64,000 nucleotides of DNA, from IMG/VR virus record IMGVR_UViG_3300042310_000541, positions 1 to 64,000 of that record; one strand, 5' to 3'. Of the stretch, positions 37,504 through 51,600 are shown in pieces. A program made the position numbers and the translations under genes. The stretch comes from a virus. The notes under the pieces are model-generated. The model saw only the letters and a list, made by a program, of their open reading frames with translations. It was not told the origin of the DNA and made no database searches. Within the stretch, counting starts at the first letter, position 1; every line of letters begins with the position of its first letter.

Positions 37504-39609
37504 ATGAGATTTTTTAAACCAGAAAGCAAAGAATATATTTCAGATTTTGTTCCGCAAGATATAAATGCAATTTATAAAATGAAGCAAAATTTAGATGCTG
37601 ATAATGAAAAAACAGAAACAGCTATAGGATTAGCTCAAAATGCATTTAATTTAAAGCCGGGAGAAATGACCGCAGGTCTGGCAAATAATTTAAACAAAAT
37701 GTATAATAATGAATCTCAAAAAATAGCAGATAATTATTATTCTGGAAACATAGATGATTCTACAGCTAGAGTTCAAATATCTAAATTAACAAATCATTTT
37801 AATAATAATCCAGAAGTTCAAACTGTTCAATATGATAATGAGTTAATTCCTGTAGCTTCAGCCTTAAGAGCAAATCCTTTATTTGGAGATTACGGAATAT
37901 CTAAAGGAAAAGATCCTCAAACTGGAAATTGGAAACCAGTTCAAAAGTCAATGACTAGATCTGAACTTCAGGATGCTTATAAAACTTATTTTCCTGGAGA
38001 TGGATTTAAGGAATTAAGTCCAGTTTTGAACTCAATTATGCCAGATGTTGTAGAAGGAAATACTTCATTTGAAGGATATGAACAAGGTAAAACTACAGCT
38101 CTTGGAGAAGGATTGTATAGCGTAAAAACATCATCAGGATGGAAAACAGTTAAATTAGATGAAAATAAAGTAAGAAGAGAAATTCATGGTTGGGTTGATG
38201 CTAATTGGGAAAGAAATAATTATGAGCATTATGTTTATGGAAGAAAAAGCGGAGACTTTAATACTCCTATGGATTGGGAAAATTATATTGTAAATCAATT
38301 TGTAGGTTCTAGAAATGATAGATCTTCCTCAAAAGGAGAATCAATAAATCCAGCTATAAAACCAGGAAGCAAAACTGATGAAGAAGATAATCAATTAGTT
38401 CCAGAAGGAGGAATAGTAAGTTCTCCAATGGGAGATATATTAGGAGATAATTATAATAACCTAAAAAAATCTGGATTTGTAACAGATGATGGAATTTTTG
38501 ATTTTGAAAAACTAGCAGAACCAAGTACTGTTTTTAAGATAAATGGAGTTAATTACACTATAGATGATATTAATAATGAAAATCTTCCTTCAGGATATAA
38601 ACAAAAATATATAGGTGGTCAATATGGACTTGAGCGAGCAATTGAAGGTCCAGGAGGCGTTATAATAAAAAGTAAAATTGAAAATAAAGCTGAAAAAGAA
38701 AAGCAAGCTTTTGAAATGATGAATAAAATGAAGATAGCTTTAGGCTCAGAAAAGTTAGTAGAACTTGGAATAAATCCTAATGCAATAGTTCCATCAAAAG
38801 ATTGGCCTGTAATGTCATTAGCATTTAATGAATTATCAAAAACAAAAGGATTTGGAGTTCAAATGACTAATGCGTCAAGAGATTTAATTAATGAAAAAAT
38901 TGCTAAATATGGACTTGGAGACTATACTGTTTCTGTGAACAATAGCCCATTTGAAGATCATCAGAAAATGAGTGATGATTCATCTGAATCTCTTTATAAA
39001 AAAGGAAATAAAGTTGTCGTAAGAAATAGAATTTCAGGATCAGGAAGTGGCAATGAGAATATACTACAAGGTGAAATATTAGATGAGAACAATCAATTTG
39101 TAGCAACTGTTAATTTGAAGCCTAAAAATGAAGCTGAAAATAATTATTTTAAAAACATGAAATCAGTTGAAGATAAGTCAATAGCATTTATGACAACCGG
39201 AGATTTTGTTCAATTTGCAAACAAAAATGACAGAAAATTATATTCAAAAGAAACTATAAAAAATACAATGAATAAAAATGCTGAAGCTTATATACAAAAA
39301 CTAGTAAATGCATATGGAAAATCTAAAGGAGAAGCAATAATGAATGCATTAAATATAGATCCGAATAATGCAGAAGCTAAAAAAAATATATTGCTTTTAG
39401 ATAGGACTGTTATGGGTGATGGAAAAACTTTTGTTTATACATATGTCAATGCAAACAATCCTTCAAATATAATTTATATAAATAGTGAAGGAAGAGTATT
39501 TAATAGCATTGGAGAGTTGAAGGTTAATTTAGACAGCAAATGGTATAGAACAAGTAGTGGTTTAGGAAGAGGAACTAAAGATTTTGAAAAAACAGAAGGA
39601 GAAAAATAA
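37504..39609 (+). CDS. Virion cargo protein, function unknown
   Basis: N-terminal YISDFVPQD; position between ejection protein and vRNAP. Confidence 0.55.
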   Translation: MRFFKPESKEYISDFVPQDINAIYKMKQNLDADNEKTETAIGLAQNAFNLKPGEMTAGLANNLNKMYNNESQKIADNYYSGNIDDSTARVQISKLTNHFNNNPEVQTVQYDNELIPVASALRANPLFGDYGISKGKDPQTGNWKPVQKSMTRSELQDAYKTYFPGDGFKELSPVLNSIMPDVVEGNTSFEGYEQGKTTALGEGLYSVKTSSGWKTVKLDENKVRREIHGWVDANWERNNYEHYVYGRKSGDFNTPMDWENYIVNQFVGSRNDRSSSKGESINPAIKPGSKTDEEDNQLVPEGGIVSSPMGDILGDNYNNLKKSGFVTDDGIFDFEKLAEPSTVFKINGVNYTIDDINNENLPSGYKQKYIGGQYGLERAIEGPGGVIIKSKIENKAEKEKQAFEMMNKMKIALGSEKLVELGINPNAIVPSKDWPVMSLAFNELSKTKGFGVQMTNASRDLINEKIAKYGLGDYTVSVNNSPFEDHQKMSDDSSESLYKKGNKVVVRNRISGSGSGNENILQGEILDENNQFVATVNLKPKNEAENNYFKNMKSVEDKSIAFMTTGDFVQFANKNDRKLYSKETIKNTMNKNAEAYIQKLVNAYGKSKGEAIMNALNIDPNNAEAKKNILLLDRTVMGDGKTFVYTYVNANNPSNIIYINSEGRVFNSIGELKVNLDSKWYRTSSGLGRGTKDFEKTEGEK

Positions 39610-39615
39610 AATAAT

Positions 39616-42600
39616 ATGCCAGAAAACGAAAACGAATTTATATTTAGCAAAGATTTAAAGTTAAGCAAAACAGATCCAAATTTAAAAGTAACTCCATCTG
39701 GAACAAGCGGAGTTCTTAGTGGAGCTTTTGGAAATACAGATTTTGGAGAATCACAATTTGATTCACCAGATTTACCTGCATCAAGTATAATGAGCGGTGA
39801 ATACAAAGATATTAGAGGAGATATTCAATCAAAAACTGATAAATGGTTTAATGCTGTTCCAAGATTAATATCTAAAGTAGGAACTGAAGTTGCTAAAACT
39901 CCTGCATATCTTTATGCATTAGGAGAAGCTGTTGCTACAGATAAGTCATTAGCTGAGTCGTTAAATAATTCATGGTTAAATGCACTTCAAAATTTAGATG
40001 ATAAAACTAAAAAAGAATTTGCTATTTACAAACCTAAATCTGTTGTTGAAGGTAATTTATGGGATAACATTTCTTCTGCATCATTTTGGACAGATGAAGG
40101 AGTTGATGGTGTAGGATTTTTACTTGCTATGATGGCTCCGGCAGGAGCTTTAAGATTAGCAAATCTTTCAGGAAAAATGACTAAGTTTGGAATTGGTATA
40201 AATACTGCTAAGAATTTAGAGTTAGGAGCTGGAACATTATTAAATACAACATTAGAGTCAGCTGCTGAATCTAAAGGATTAGTTGATAAAATTAAACCAA
40301 TGCTTGATGAGCAATGGGCTGAAAAAGTAGCAAATGGAATGGATCCAGAATTAGCTGAGAAATTAAAAAATGAAATGCTTAATAAGGCAGGTTTTGATTC
40401 ATTTATGCAAAACATGATTCTTATTGCAGGCCCAAATTTCTTAATGAATAAAAAAATGTTAGGAAGATTTATTCCTGATAAAACTTCAATGAGTGCAATT
40501 GAAGATGCATCTGGTAAATTTATTGCACCTATTAAACTTACTAAAAAGCAAATTGCGGGTAATTATGGAAAAAGCTTATTAGAATCTTCTGTATCAGAAG
40601 GTTTAATTGAAGAAGGTGGTCAGTTTGCAATTGAGAATTACAATGAAAAAGTTGCATTAGGTTCAAATGATGTAAGTTTAATTAGTGAATATATTGATGG
40701 CTTGTCAACAACTGAAGGTCAAAAGTCAGTATTTCTTGGTGCTTTTTTAGGTTCAATGAGTGCTGTTGCAGGAGAATATGGCAAAGCAGCAAAAGACTTT
40801 AAAAAAAATACAAACTTATATTCAATGATGAAAAAAAATGAAGATGCTTATATATCTTCAATTAATGAGTTGTATGATGTAAATGAAAAAGGAGAGCCAC
40901 AGTTAAATCCTAAAAGAACTGCAGAGTATTTAGTTGCAATGCATAAAAACATGACTGATGCTGAACTAAAAGATGATTATGCAAGACTTGGCAATGAAGA
41001 AGGTTATGCATTTATAGCTAACAAAGACTTTACTAGATTTGCAGCAAGTTATTTAATGAATGGTGGTAATGTTGATGGATTAAACAAACATATAGATGAA
41101 CTGTCAGCTAAGTTATTAGAAAATGAAAAAAAATCAAATCCAGATAAAAATGACTTAGATGAAGTTAAATTTAAATCTGATTTAAAACAAAAAGCTAAAC
41201 AATTAGAAAAAGCTATTAAAAGTATTGACAGTTCAGTTAATGTAAAAGTTAAATCAGAAAACAAACCTTTGCTTGCTAAGTTTGCAAATGATTTATTTAA
41301 CACAGCTTTAAATGAAACGTCAAATCAAATGTTTATTAAAGATAGAATAAATGATTTAAATTTAAGACGTTTAGAATTAACCAATGCTTTGTCAGCTGAC
41401 ATTCCTCAAAATAAAATAGAGGCAGATAAAATAGAAAAACAAATAGAACTTTACAATAAAGATTTTGAAACATCTGTAAAAGATTATGAAAAATTGTTTG
41501 ACAAAAATGAACAAGAAATAGCTTTTGCCTGGTATGAAAAGCAAGATGTAAAAACTGATAAAGATATTGAAAAAACAAAAAAAAAAGTTAAAAAGAATGA
41601 TATAAAAAGCTTTGCTGAAAGAATAAGAAATGGCGAAGATGTGTATTCTGACGAAGATCAGGCATTTTTTAATGAAAACAGGAAGGAAATTGAAAAAGAA
41701 TTAAACTCAAATCCTGCAAACGAGGTTATTGAAACTCCATTCACAGAAGAAGATAATGAAGTTGATTTAGAAAATAAAAGAAGAAAGAATGCTGATGACC
41801 TAATGCATATAAGTAGCCTTAGAGAAAAAGCTAAAAAACAAAAAGAACTAGAAGAAACATTGAGCAATTCTACTGACTTAAATGGCTTGTCAGATAGAGC
41901 TCAAGTGAAGTACTCTGGAATGGAAGGAAGAATTTATAAGCATGAAAATGAAAACCTTTATATATTTGTAGATAACAAAACAGGTAAAGAATATGAAATT
42001 CCTCAAGATGAAGAATTTGGATATGATGGAAAATTGCATGATTATGGAATATTTGAACTAGGAAAAGAAAACTCAATATTTGACATTATTACGATTAATG
42101 ATAGCGGAAATTTTGTTATTAACAATAAAGAATATATAAATAACTATTCAAATCCATTAAACGCAATAAATAGAGATAAAAATGGCAATATTATATCAGT
42201 AACATTGTCTAATAAAAAAGGACAACCAAGAACTTTTAAAAAGTTTGCTGATGAAATGGCCTATGCAATATTATTACAAACCTATGATAAATTAGAAAAT
42301 GAAAGCAAAAGAACTAGAGAAGAAACTAAAAGAAAGCTTACAGAGCCAATTACAGAACAAGACAGTCAAAGAAAAGAACAAGATAATGACGGAAGCAATT
42401 CAGAAGAGTCTAGAAAAATAGAAGAAGCAATTGCAAAATTGCAACAAGGAATAGAAGAATCAAGAAATGAATTAAACAATACAGAAAAAGATAAAGAGCA
42501 AGCCGAGTTTTTTGAGTTTGCAATGCAGTCTGAAACATCTGAGGAGTTATTAGAATATGTTGAATTATTAAAAGGAAGCAAATACACTGATGCGTTAAAT

Positions 42601-45600
42601 GGTTTATATAAGCAGTTGGTAGAAAGCGAAAGAGAAAAAAAGAAAGAAAAATTAACTGAGCAAGATTTAATTTCTGAATTGTTTGGAAATCCAGAACAAG
42701 AGTATCCTGAGGATTTTGAAATTCCATCAGCTGATGAAGTTGATGATTCAGAACCTATTATAAATCAAGACAAAGGGAAAAAAGCTAAAACAGTAACTAA
42801 AACTAATCAAGGTTTTGATGGTATTATTTACAGAGACATCAACAAGGATGATCATTCTTTAATTGGAGAATCTCAGAATACTTATATATTAAGAAACTTT
42901 AGAACTAAAAATACTATTGAGATAGCTAAATCAGACTTATCTCAATTTGAAAGAATAAATAAAGTTCAAAACCAAAGAGTTTTTAGATGGATTAATAAAA
43001 ATGAAGTTAAAGGATACAGATTAAGAATTGTTACAAAAAATAACAACATTGATTTATACAGAGAGATACTTCAAGATAATCCAGATGCATTATTATACGA
43101 AACAAACAATCCTAATTATACAGGAATTTGGACTGTTATTACTAATGATAAAAATGAAATAGTAAGAGTTGATGGTAAACTATTAGCAATGACACTTGAA
43201 ACTGTTGATAGAGTTTTAAATGATGATTTAATTGTAGATAAGAAAAAAGGGACAGAAGATATAGCAGCAATTAGAGAAGCAGCTATTAATACTACAGATC
43301 CTAATGCTTATTTTGAAGTTAATAGCAAGTCTAATGGTATAGCTCAATTTGAAAATAAAGAAAATGGTAAAAGAGTTAGAAATTCTGTTATAGGAAGAAT
43401 AATAAATAAATTTTCTGATACATTTAAACTTACATTAGCAACTCAAAAAGGAACATATTTAAATGGAATACCTCTTGATTTAGGAAAGCTTTATATTGAA
43501 GATAAAGATGGTAGAGTATTAGATTTATTGCCAAGATTAATTAATGAATCAGAAATTAATTTGATTATAAATTTATTAGAACAAGAAATTACCGGCAATA
43601 AAGAAATTGATAAACCAATTGATGAAATAAAAAAGATTATTTCATTTAAGAAAACTGCAAATCCACAATATCAATTATACATTAGCAATGGAGAATTGTT
43701 TTTTGGAGAAGATTCACTTAATAAAAATAATTTTGAAGAGAAAATAGAAGATTTAATTAGCTTTTTAGAATCAAAAAGAGTTAATGCAAATAATTTATAC
43801 ATAAATAAAAATATACAAGTACCAACAACAAATGGTAAAGGAAAAACTATTAGCTATGCTGAGTATTTATTAGAAGGTGAAAATCCTATGTTTGGAACAG
43901 ACCTTAAAGATAAGTCAAATATTCAGTTTCTTAACCAATACTTAAGATATAATCCTACTATTAAATATGCAGAAGAAGTTGTTGAAGACAGTGATTTACC
44001 AACTGAAGATGATATAAACAGTGGTGTAATAATTGATTCATTAGGAGTAAGTGAAATTGACAATAAGAAAAATGAAATAGAATTAGTCGCTAGAGAAATA
44101 AATAGGCTTGTTGGATTAAGAAGTAATGATAAAGTAGTAAGACAAGCAATAATTGATTCTAATAATAAAAAAATAACATTAGAAGAACTAGATACTATAA
44201 CTAAAAATTGGAATAATGCAAATGGATTGACAAATGCTTTTGCTAAAATTACTAGATTAAGAAGAGAGTTAGATGTTTTAGAAGGCAAACCCATTGCAAC
44301 AACTCCTGTTTCTACAGATACTAAAGCTGATATAGAAAGAAGAAATACTTTTACAAGAGCTACTCAAATGAAAGTATTACCAAAAGGAACTCCTATTTTT
44401 GGTGGTAAAACAGCAGATGGCAAAACTGAATTTTTAGATGATAAATTACAATTTAATAATGGTGATAGAATTACTTTTTTTGCAGAAAAAGAAAGAACAG
44501 GTATTTATAAAGATGGGAAAATAGTAGAAACTGGTACAAATAATCCTTGGGGATTAGTTGGAATATTAATGGATGTTAAAGGATATATTAAAAACCAATC
44601 TAATATTAATACAGAACTAGCTGCTTTAGAAAATAAAGGTAATATTGCAATTGATTCATTATTAGTAGATGAACCAACAAATATTATTGCTCCTAAATTA
44701 ATGACTGTTCAGGTTGATTTATTATCATTAAGTATTGATGAATTAAAAAATGTAGCTACACAAATTAGACAGAAAGCTGTTGATGCTAGACAGGCAGAGA
44801 AAGAAGGAAAGACAATTATTGGTGGCTCTCAAGCAATTGAAAGTGATTATCAAGCAGTTAAAAAATATATTGCAGATTTAGTTTCTTTAAATAATACAGG
44901 TCAAGATGCAGAAATAGTTAATCAAGAAAAAAATACAACTCCGCCTAAAAAGAATAAACCAAGGAGAGATGAATTAAACAGATTAAGATCAAGAACTGCA
45001 GATACAACTTTAGTTGATAAAAAAGAAATTGAATGGTTTAAATATAATTTTCCAACAATTCCTATTGATAAAGTTATAGGTTTAATTGAGCAGAAATCAA
45101 TGGGTAGATTCTTATCTTCTGCAAGAGTATTATTGTCTGATCAAGCTGTAACTGGTACATTGTATCACGAAGCATTTCATGCTGTTACTCAGTTGTATTT
45201 AACCAAAGAAGAAGTAGATAGATTGTATAAGGAAGTTGCAGAAAGAACTGGAATTACTGATAGATTTGAAGCTGAAGAATTATTAGCTGAAGACTTTATT
45301 AACTATAAAAAAAATGGGGCAGTCCTAAAAGGAGCGCCACAAAGAAACACATTATTTAGAAAAATATTAAATGCAATTAAAGACTTCTTAGGATTAAAAG
45401 CATCTGATATTAATGAAGTTTACAGAAGACTTGACAGTGGTTATTACAGAAATAGCAAAGTTGTAGGACTAAAAGAATTTAGCAGTTTAAACAAAGATAG
45501 TGACAAAGAATTTGTTACTAAAGAAAAAGGTACAAAGTTTCTTATTGATACTTTAGACGGAATGGACTTAATGTTTTTTAATGCTACTCTTCATCCAGAC

Positions 45601-48600
45601 TCTGCTAATAAAAACATATCAAATATTATATATAATAAATTTTTAGATCTTTATGAAGCTGAAGAAAATCCTGAGTTAATTGATGCTTATGATTTTATTA
45701 CTGATAATTTTGAAAGAGTTAATTCATTATGGAAAGAAAGACTTTCATCTCTTGGCTTTAAATTTTCAGAAGATAGATTTGATTATACTGAAGATTCTGA
45801 AGAAAGAGGAACTGAAACTCTTGATGAAAAAGAAGAACAAGTAAAAGAAGATTTAAAAGGAACAAAAGATCAAAACTTTGTAAATCAAAAAGACTTACTT
45901 ACTTCAAGCTCAAAAATGTTAATCAAATCTTTAAAAAGATTAAATTACAAAAATGACTTAGGACTAGAAGTTCCATTAGATTTTGGACAAACTTATAATT
46001 ACTTAATAAAGAATATTGCTGGAACTGGCAATAACTATCTTGACATTATGGATAAGCTAAAAAGCTTAGTTAAAGATAAGCCAGAAATTCAACAATTAAT
46101 AGATATGCTTGGAGAAACTGGAGACAGTATATCTAACAAGCAATTTAACTTGCAAACTGCTTTTACTAAAGATTTTAATAAGACAAGAACTGATAGTTTA
46201 ATTACAGTTATTTCACCTAATGGAGCTATAAGAATTATAGATGCTACAAAGATGAATGATGCTGATATGGTTAAAGAGATCTGGAATAGTAATTTAGTAT
46301 CTCTTTTCCCTCAGAATGAAGCAGGAAATCAAGTTATACCTAATGTAAAAGAATTTATTAAAGTAAGAGATAATATTGAGTTCTTAGGTAAGATTGGCAT
46401 TCAATTTAATGAATATGCATTAGATTATTTAAATGAAAATCAAAGTGAGCTAACAGATTCTGTTACAGCTATAAAAAACTATTTAATTGCTCAAGACGGA
46501 AATGTAAATTCTTTATTTTCAAGTAAGTCTGATCTTTATAAAAGGATAGATAATTTAATAAATATAGAGGCTAAATATGCTCCTTATGTAAATGAGCTAA
46601 GCTTTATATCAACAGAAGGCAAGACAGTTTATTCTGTTGGTGAGAATAATGGATTATCAAGAACTATTAATGAAATTAATAAGTCAAAAAACTTGACTGA
46701 ATTAAGACAAAGACTTCCTCATCTTGATACTGTTACAGTTAGAAACAGTCAATACATTAAAAAACTATTTGATGAAAATGGTGTAAAAATACCAGGAGCT
46801 GAGGTTAAGTTATATTTGCAAGATGGTATTAAATCATCTTCAGATGCTGACAATCAAGTTAGGCAATCAACTAGAAAGTCTACTATTGGTGATTTAATGA
46901 CACAACAGTTTAACTCTTTGTTGCAAAAAGGAATATCTTCTTTTATTGTTTCAGCTGATAAATCATCTGAATTTGGAATTGGACTTTCTTTAAAAGAAGG
47001 AAATCTTGTTATACCAATTGATTTTGTTGAGAATAATTTTAATTCACCTAAAATAAAAGAAATATTTAGAGGCTATTTTGAAGATGAATTAAATAGAATT
47101 GCTTTATTTATTCTTGATGAAGTTGGTAATAATATTGATTACTACAGAAAAGAAGCTAAAAACTTTACTATATTTCAAGATATTATTCCATCTGACACAA
47201 GAAAGAGTATTATAAAGAAATTAGATGAACTTAAGAATGAAGGAAAGTCTTATAAAGACGCAAAAGCAAATATAGAAGAATTGCTTGACAATAATTTTGA
47301 AGCTGTTAATAAGAAAACAGTTGAATTCTTTGAAAATTATGAAAAAGAATTGACTAAAATGTCAAAAAAGTTTAAGTTAATAAATGGAGATAATTTTAGT
47401 GGAATAACAGATGATGTTAAAAGCAAGCATTCTAATGAAGCTTTAATAAGAGCAATTGCAATAAATAGTTATATTAACAATGTTGAACAAACAAAATTAT
47501 TTACCGGTGATTTAGCTTTTTATAAAGCAATATATAAAAGAAGTGCTGCATTTGCAGGTACTAAAGAAATACCAAGAGTTGACAGTGCTATTAATTCATA
47601 CTTAACTAAGAATTTTCCTAGAAAAGATGGTAAGGTTCAAGATGGTATGGAAAATGTCGTTGTATTTGAAAATGTTGAGACTCAAAAATTAGAGCTTGAT
47701 GAATACTTAGATGCTTATAAAAAGAAAGGAATTAGCAATGAAGCTGCTTTAAAAATACTTGGATTTACTAAAGCAGATATTGAAAAAATAAATAGAAAAG
47801 AATCTATAGAAAAGTCTAAGGGAAAAGCTTATGCTAAAATGGATGAAGGTGATGCTATGGGTTGGTGCACTATTGATTTTTACAGAGAGTTTATGAATAG
47901 ACTTTCTAATTGGTCAGATGCTCAAGAGTTTGCTTATCAAAAGATGCAAATGCAAAAGTTTGATGATGAAGGAAATTTGACAGAAGGAGAGTTATTGACT
48001 GGAAAAGAAATACAATTATTTCAACAATTAAAACTGCAGTATGCTGGTCCACAAGAAATGACAGGTTCATTATTTGCACCTGCTTATCATAAATTTACTG
48101 TACTTCCATTATTACCAGAGTTAGTTAAAGGTAAAAACATATCTAAGACACTTAAGAATATGACTGATAGTGCTGCTGGATATGGTTTATTTGGTTCAGG
48201 CTCTAAGGTTGGTACTGTTACAAATGCAAATGGTGAATTAACTCCATTTTATACAGGTAAAAACAATGGACAAATAAATTCTGAAGGATACAACATTCAA
48301 AGAGTTTATTATAATTTTTTAGGATTACAACAAAAACCATCTAAGCCACATGATACAGCTGTATTTTCTACTCAGTTTAGAAAAACACCTTGGATTGGAT
48401 CTTTTGAAAATGGCAAAGAGTTAATTGAAGGAGCAATGCAAAGATTTGAAGATTTTTCAAATCTTATTAATCAAAAAACTCAAGATGCAAAAGATGAATT
48501 GTTAATTGAATTAGGAATTAGACCTGGAGATACAACATACACTTCTACTAATGTTGAAAATTTAGTTAATTTATTACAAGATGAAGCTAGACAAAGAAAT

Positions 48601-51600
48601 CTTCCTGATAATTTAATTGAATCAATTGATTTTAGAATTGAAGAAGGCAAACAAATTCTTAAAACTAAATTTGATGCTGTTGTAAATAAAGACAAAATAA
48701 CTTCTATGTTAATGTCTTTAATAGATGCAAGAATCATCAGACAGCAATTTAATGGTGATGCATATGTATTATCATCAGTTGCAGGATTTGAGCCTATAGG
48801 TGAAAGATCTAAGGGCCCTAATGAAGCATTAAGAGGATATACAATAGATCCTGTTACAGGTAAAACACTTCCAGCTGAAGTAATGATACCAATGAGTAAA
48901 AATTATTATCCATTATTTAAAATGTTTGGTAATAATTTAGATAAGTTAAATGAAGCTATAAGAAATAAAGACCCAAAGATTGATCAAAGAGTTTTAGAGT
49001 TGATTGGATGTAGGATTCCAGGACAGGAACATAACTCTAATGAGTATTTAACTATTAAAGAATTTCTTCCTGAAGCCAGTGCAACTACAATGATTGCTCA
49101 TCCTGAGATTGTAGCTAAAGCAGGTAGTGACTTTGATAATGATAAATTATTTACATACAGAGCTAAAATAAATCCAGATGGATCTTATGACACTAAAAGT
49201 ATTGATAATGGCATTGTTAAAGTTTTAAAAGATCAAATATCTCATGAAAGTAATTTTACAAAACTTATAACTCCAAACTCCACTTCTATTGTAGATGAAT
49301 TTGTTGAACATTTGAAATATATAAATTATAAAAACAGGTTAACAATAAAGAATAGAACTGCAAAAGAACCTGCAAAAATAATGGATGAAGATAAGTATTT
49401 AGAAACACTAAATCAAGAAGGTGTTAAATACTCTGACTTATTAAAAATAACAAAACAAATTGAAGCCAGGTATAAACTATGGTTAGCTAAAGATGAAGTT
49501 GGGCCAGTAGCTATTGCTAATGCTTATGGGCCAATAGCTCAAGCTGGAAACTTAACTGCAAATCAATTCTTTTTTAGAGAAACTATTCAGAAAGGTGTAA
49601 AAATTACAGAAAGAGTTCCTGTTAATATAAGATTAAAGCATAATAAAACTGATGATGGTAAGATAAATCTTGCAGCTTATTTAGATGCAGAAAAAGTTAA
49701 CCCTATAACACAGGTTAATGGACAACAGATTAACATTGTTGTGGATGCTGCAAATGAAGTTGAACCTTCAGTAGCTTATTTAAATATGGTTATGGAAACA
49801 TTGCCTGTTTATTTATATTTGAATAGAGCCGGTGTTGAATTTCAAACTGTTGCATCTTTTATGACTCAAAATATAATGACAGAGTATTTAACCTTAAAAG
49901 GTATATCTAACTCTGCATTGTCAAAAGTACTTGGCCTTGATGCAGACTCAAATGCAATTACTCAAGCTAGAAAGAAATACGTTGATTATTTGCTTAATAA
50001 TATTGCAGAATTAAAAGGAAAAGAAGAAAATCTTCCTGCTTTTTTAGCTGAGCATCAAAAAGATGAATTAAGCAAAAGTGATTTAATGGATTATTTAGAA
50101 GTTGAAAATCAAGAAGGTATAGAGTATGCAATTACTCAACTTCAAGTTTTAGATGATTATACTGAATACAGAGAACATGCTAGAATGTTAAATGAAGCTG
50201 TAAGAACAACTAATCATGATTCAGCAGGTACTGGACAAAATCTAATATCAGTTGAAGAGAAAAAATTGCTTGAAATAAAAGTTGCTAAAGCTGGTTTTAT
50301 TAATGGACTTGAAAGAGTTAAAGATACATTTTTAGGTGCTTTTAATCAAGATGAATTAGCATTAAAAGCTTATAGTCCTTTCTTCTATACAAAGAGTGAT
50401 TCTGTTGTAAAAAATAACACAATTTATTTATTGCAAGAAGTAAAGAATAATAACTTTATTTTTAGCAAAGATGATTCAGTAAAGACAGGTAATTTAATAG
50501 AGAATGATTTTATTAATTTTATAGTTCAAAATTATGGCTATGAAAATCCTTCTCAAAGAATGGATGAATTGTTTAGAGGAGAAAATAGTATTGCTAAAAG
50601 AGTGTTAGAATTAAAGAACAGAGCAAAAAGTTTAAATAAACCTAAAGATGAATTAACCAGTAGAGAATTAGAAGAAAAAGAAATTGTTGATAATATTTTA
50701 ATATCTCAATTGTATCCTATGTTAAGGACTGAAAAGAAGTCTGTTGACAATATAAAACTTTTTAATAAAAAGATTGATACATACACAAGCAATCAATTGA
50801 CTGAAGCTTTTAGGCAATTAATGTCATTAGATCCGGAGTTAACAAAAGATATTATAGACTTAGGAATACTGCAATCAGGATTAAATAACAGTCCTATTAC
50901 ATTCTTAGGAATTATACCTAATTCTTATTATAGTGAAGTTGTCAATAAAGGATTTGACAAATTCTCTGAAATGAATAATAAAGATGAAATTATAAAGCAA
51001 TTTAATCAATTATTTTTAAGAAACAATGCTAAAGATAGATTTATAAGCAAAGTTGCTTATGTTAAAGGTTTAAATAAAGAAGAATTAGGAGATGGAATGT
51101 TTGGTAAGAATTTCTTAATGAAAAATTACATTCCTTCAATGAAAGACAATGTTGAAACTAATGTTGAATCTACTGAAAAATCTAATGTTCAAGATCCAAA
51201 AACACCAGAGTTTAATAAACTTCCAGGTAAATCACTAACACCTAGTATGACTTATGCTGGTATAGGATCTAGACAAACACCACAAGAAGCTCTTGATCTT
51301 ATGACTCAAATTGCTAAGTATCTTGATGATTTAGGTTATACATTAAGAAGTGGTGCAGCAGAAGGTGCAGACACAGCATTTGAAAATGGAGCAACAAAAA
51401 AGGAAATATTTAAAGGATTTGATAAAACAGGTCAAAGAGAAATAAATGTTGCTAATGAAATACATCCTGATCTTCAGGGTGCTATGAATGCATCTAAATC
51501 TAAAAAAATAAAATCAAGATTAGCTGAAGGTGCAACACAAGAAGAAGCTGAAAAATCAGGTGAAAAATCTGCATGGGCTGTTCAAAACTTAATGGCTAGA

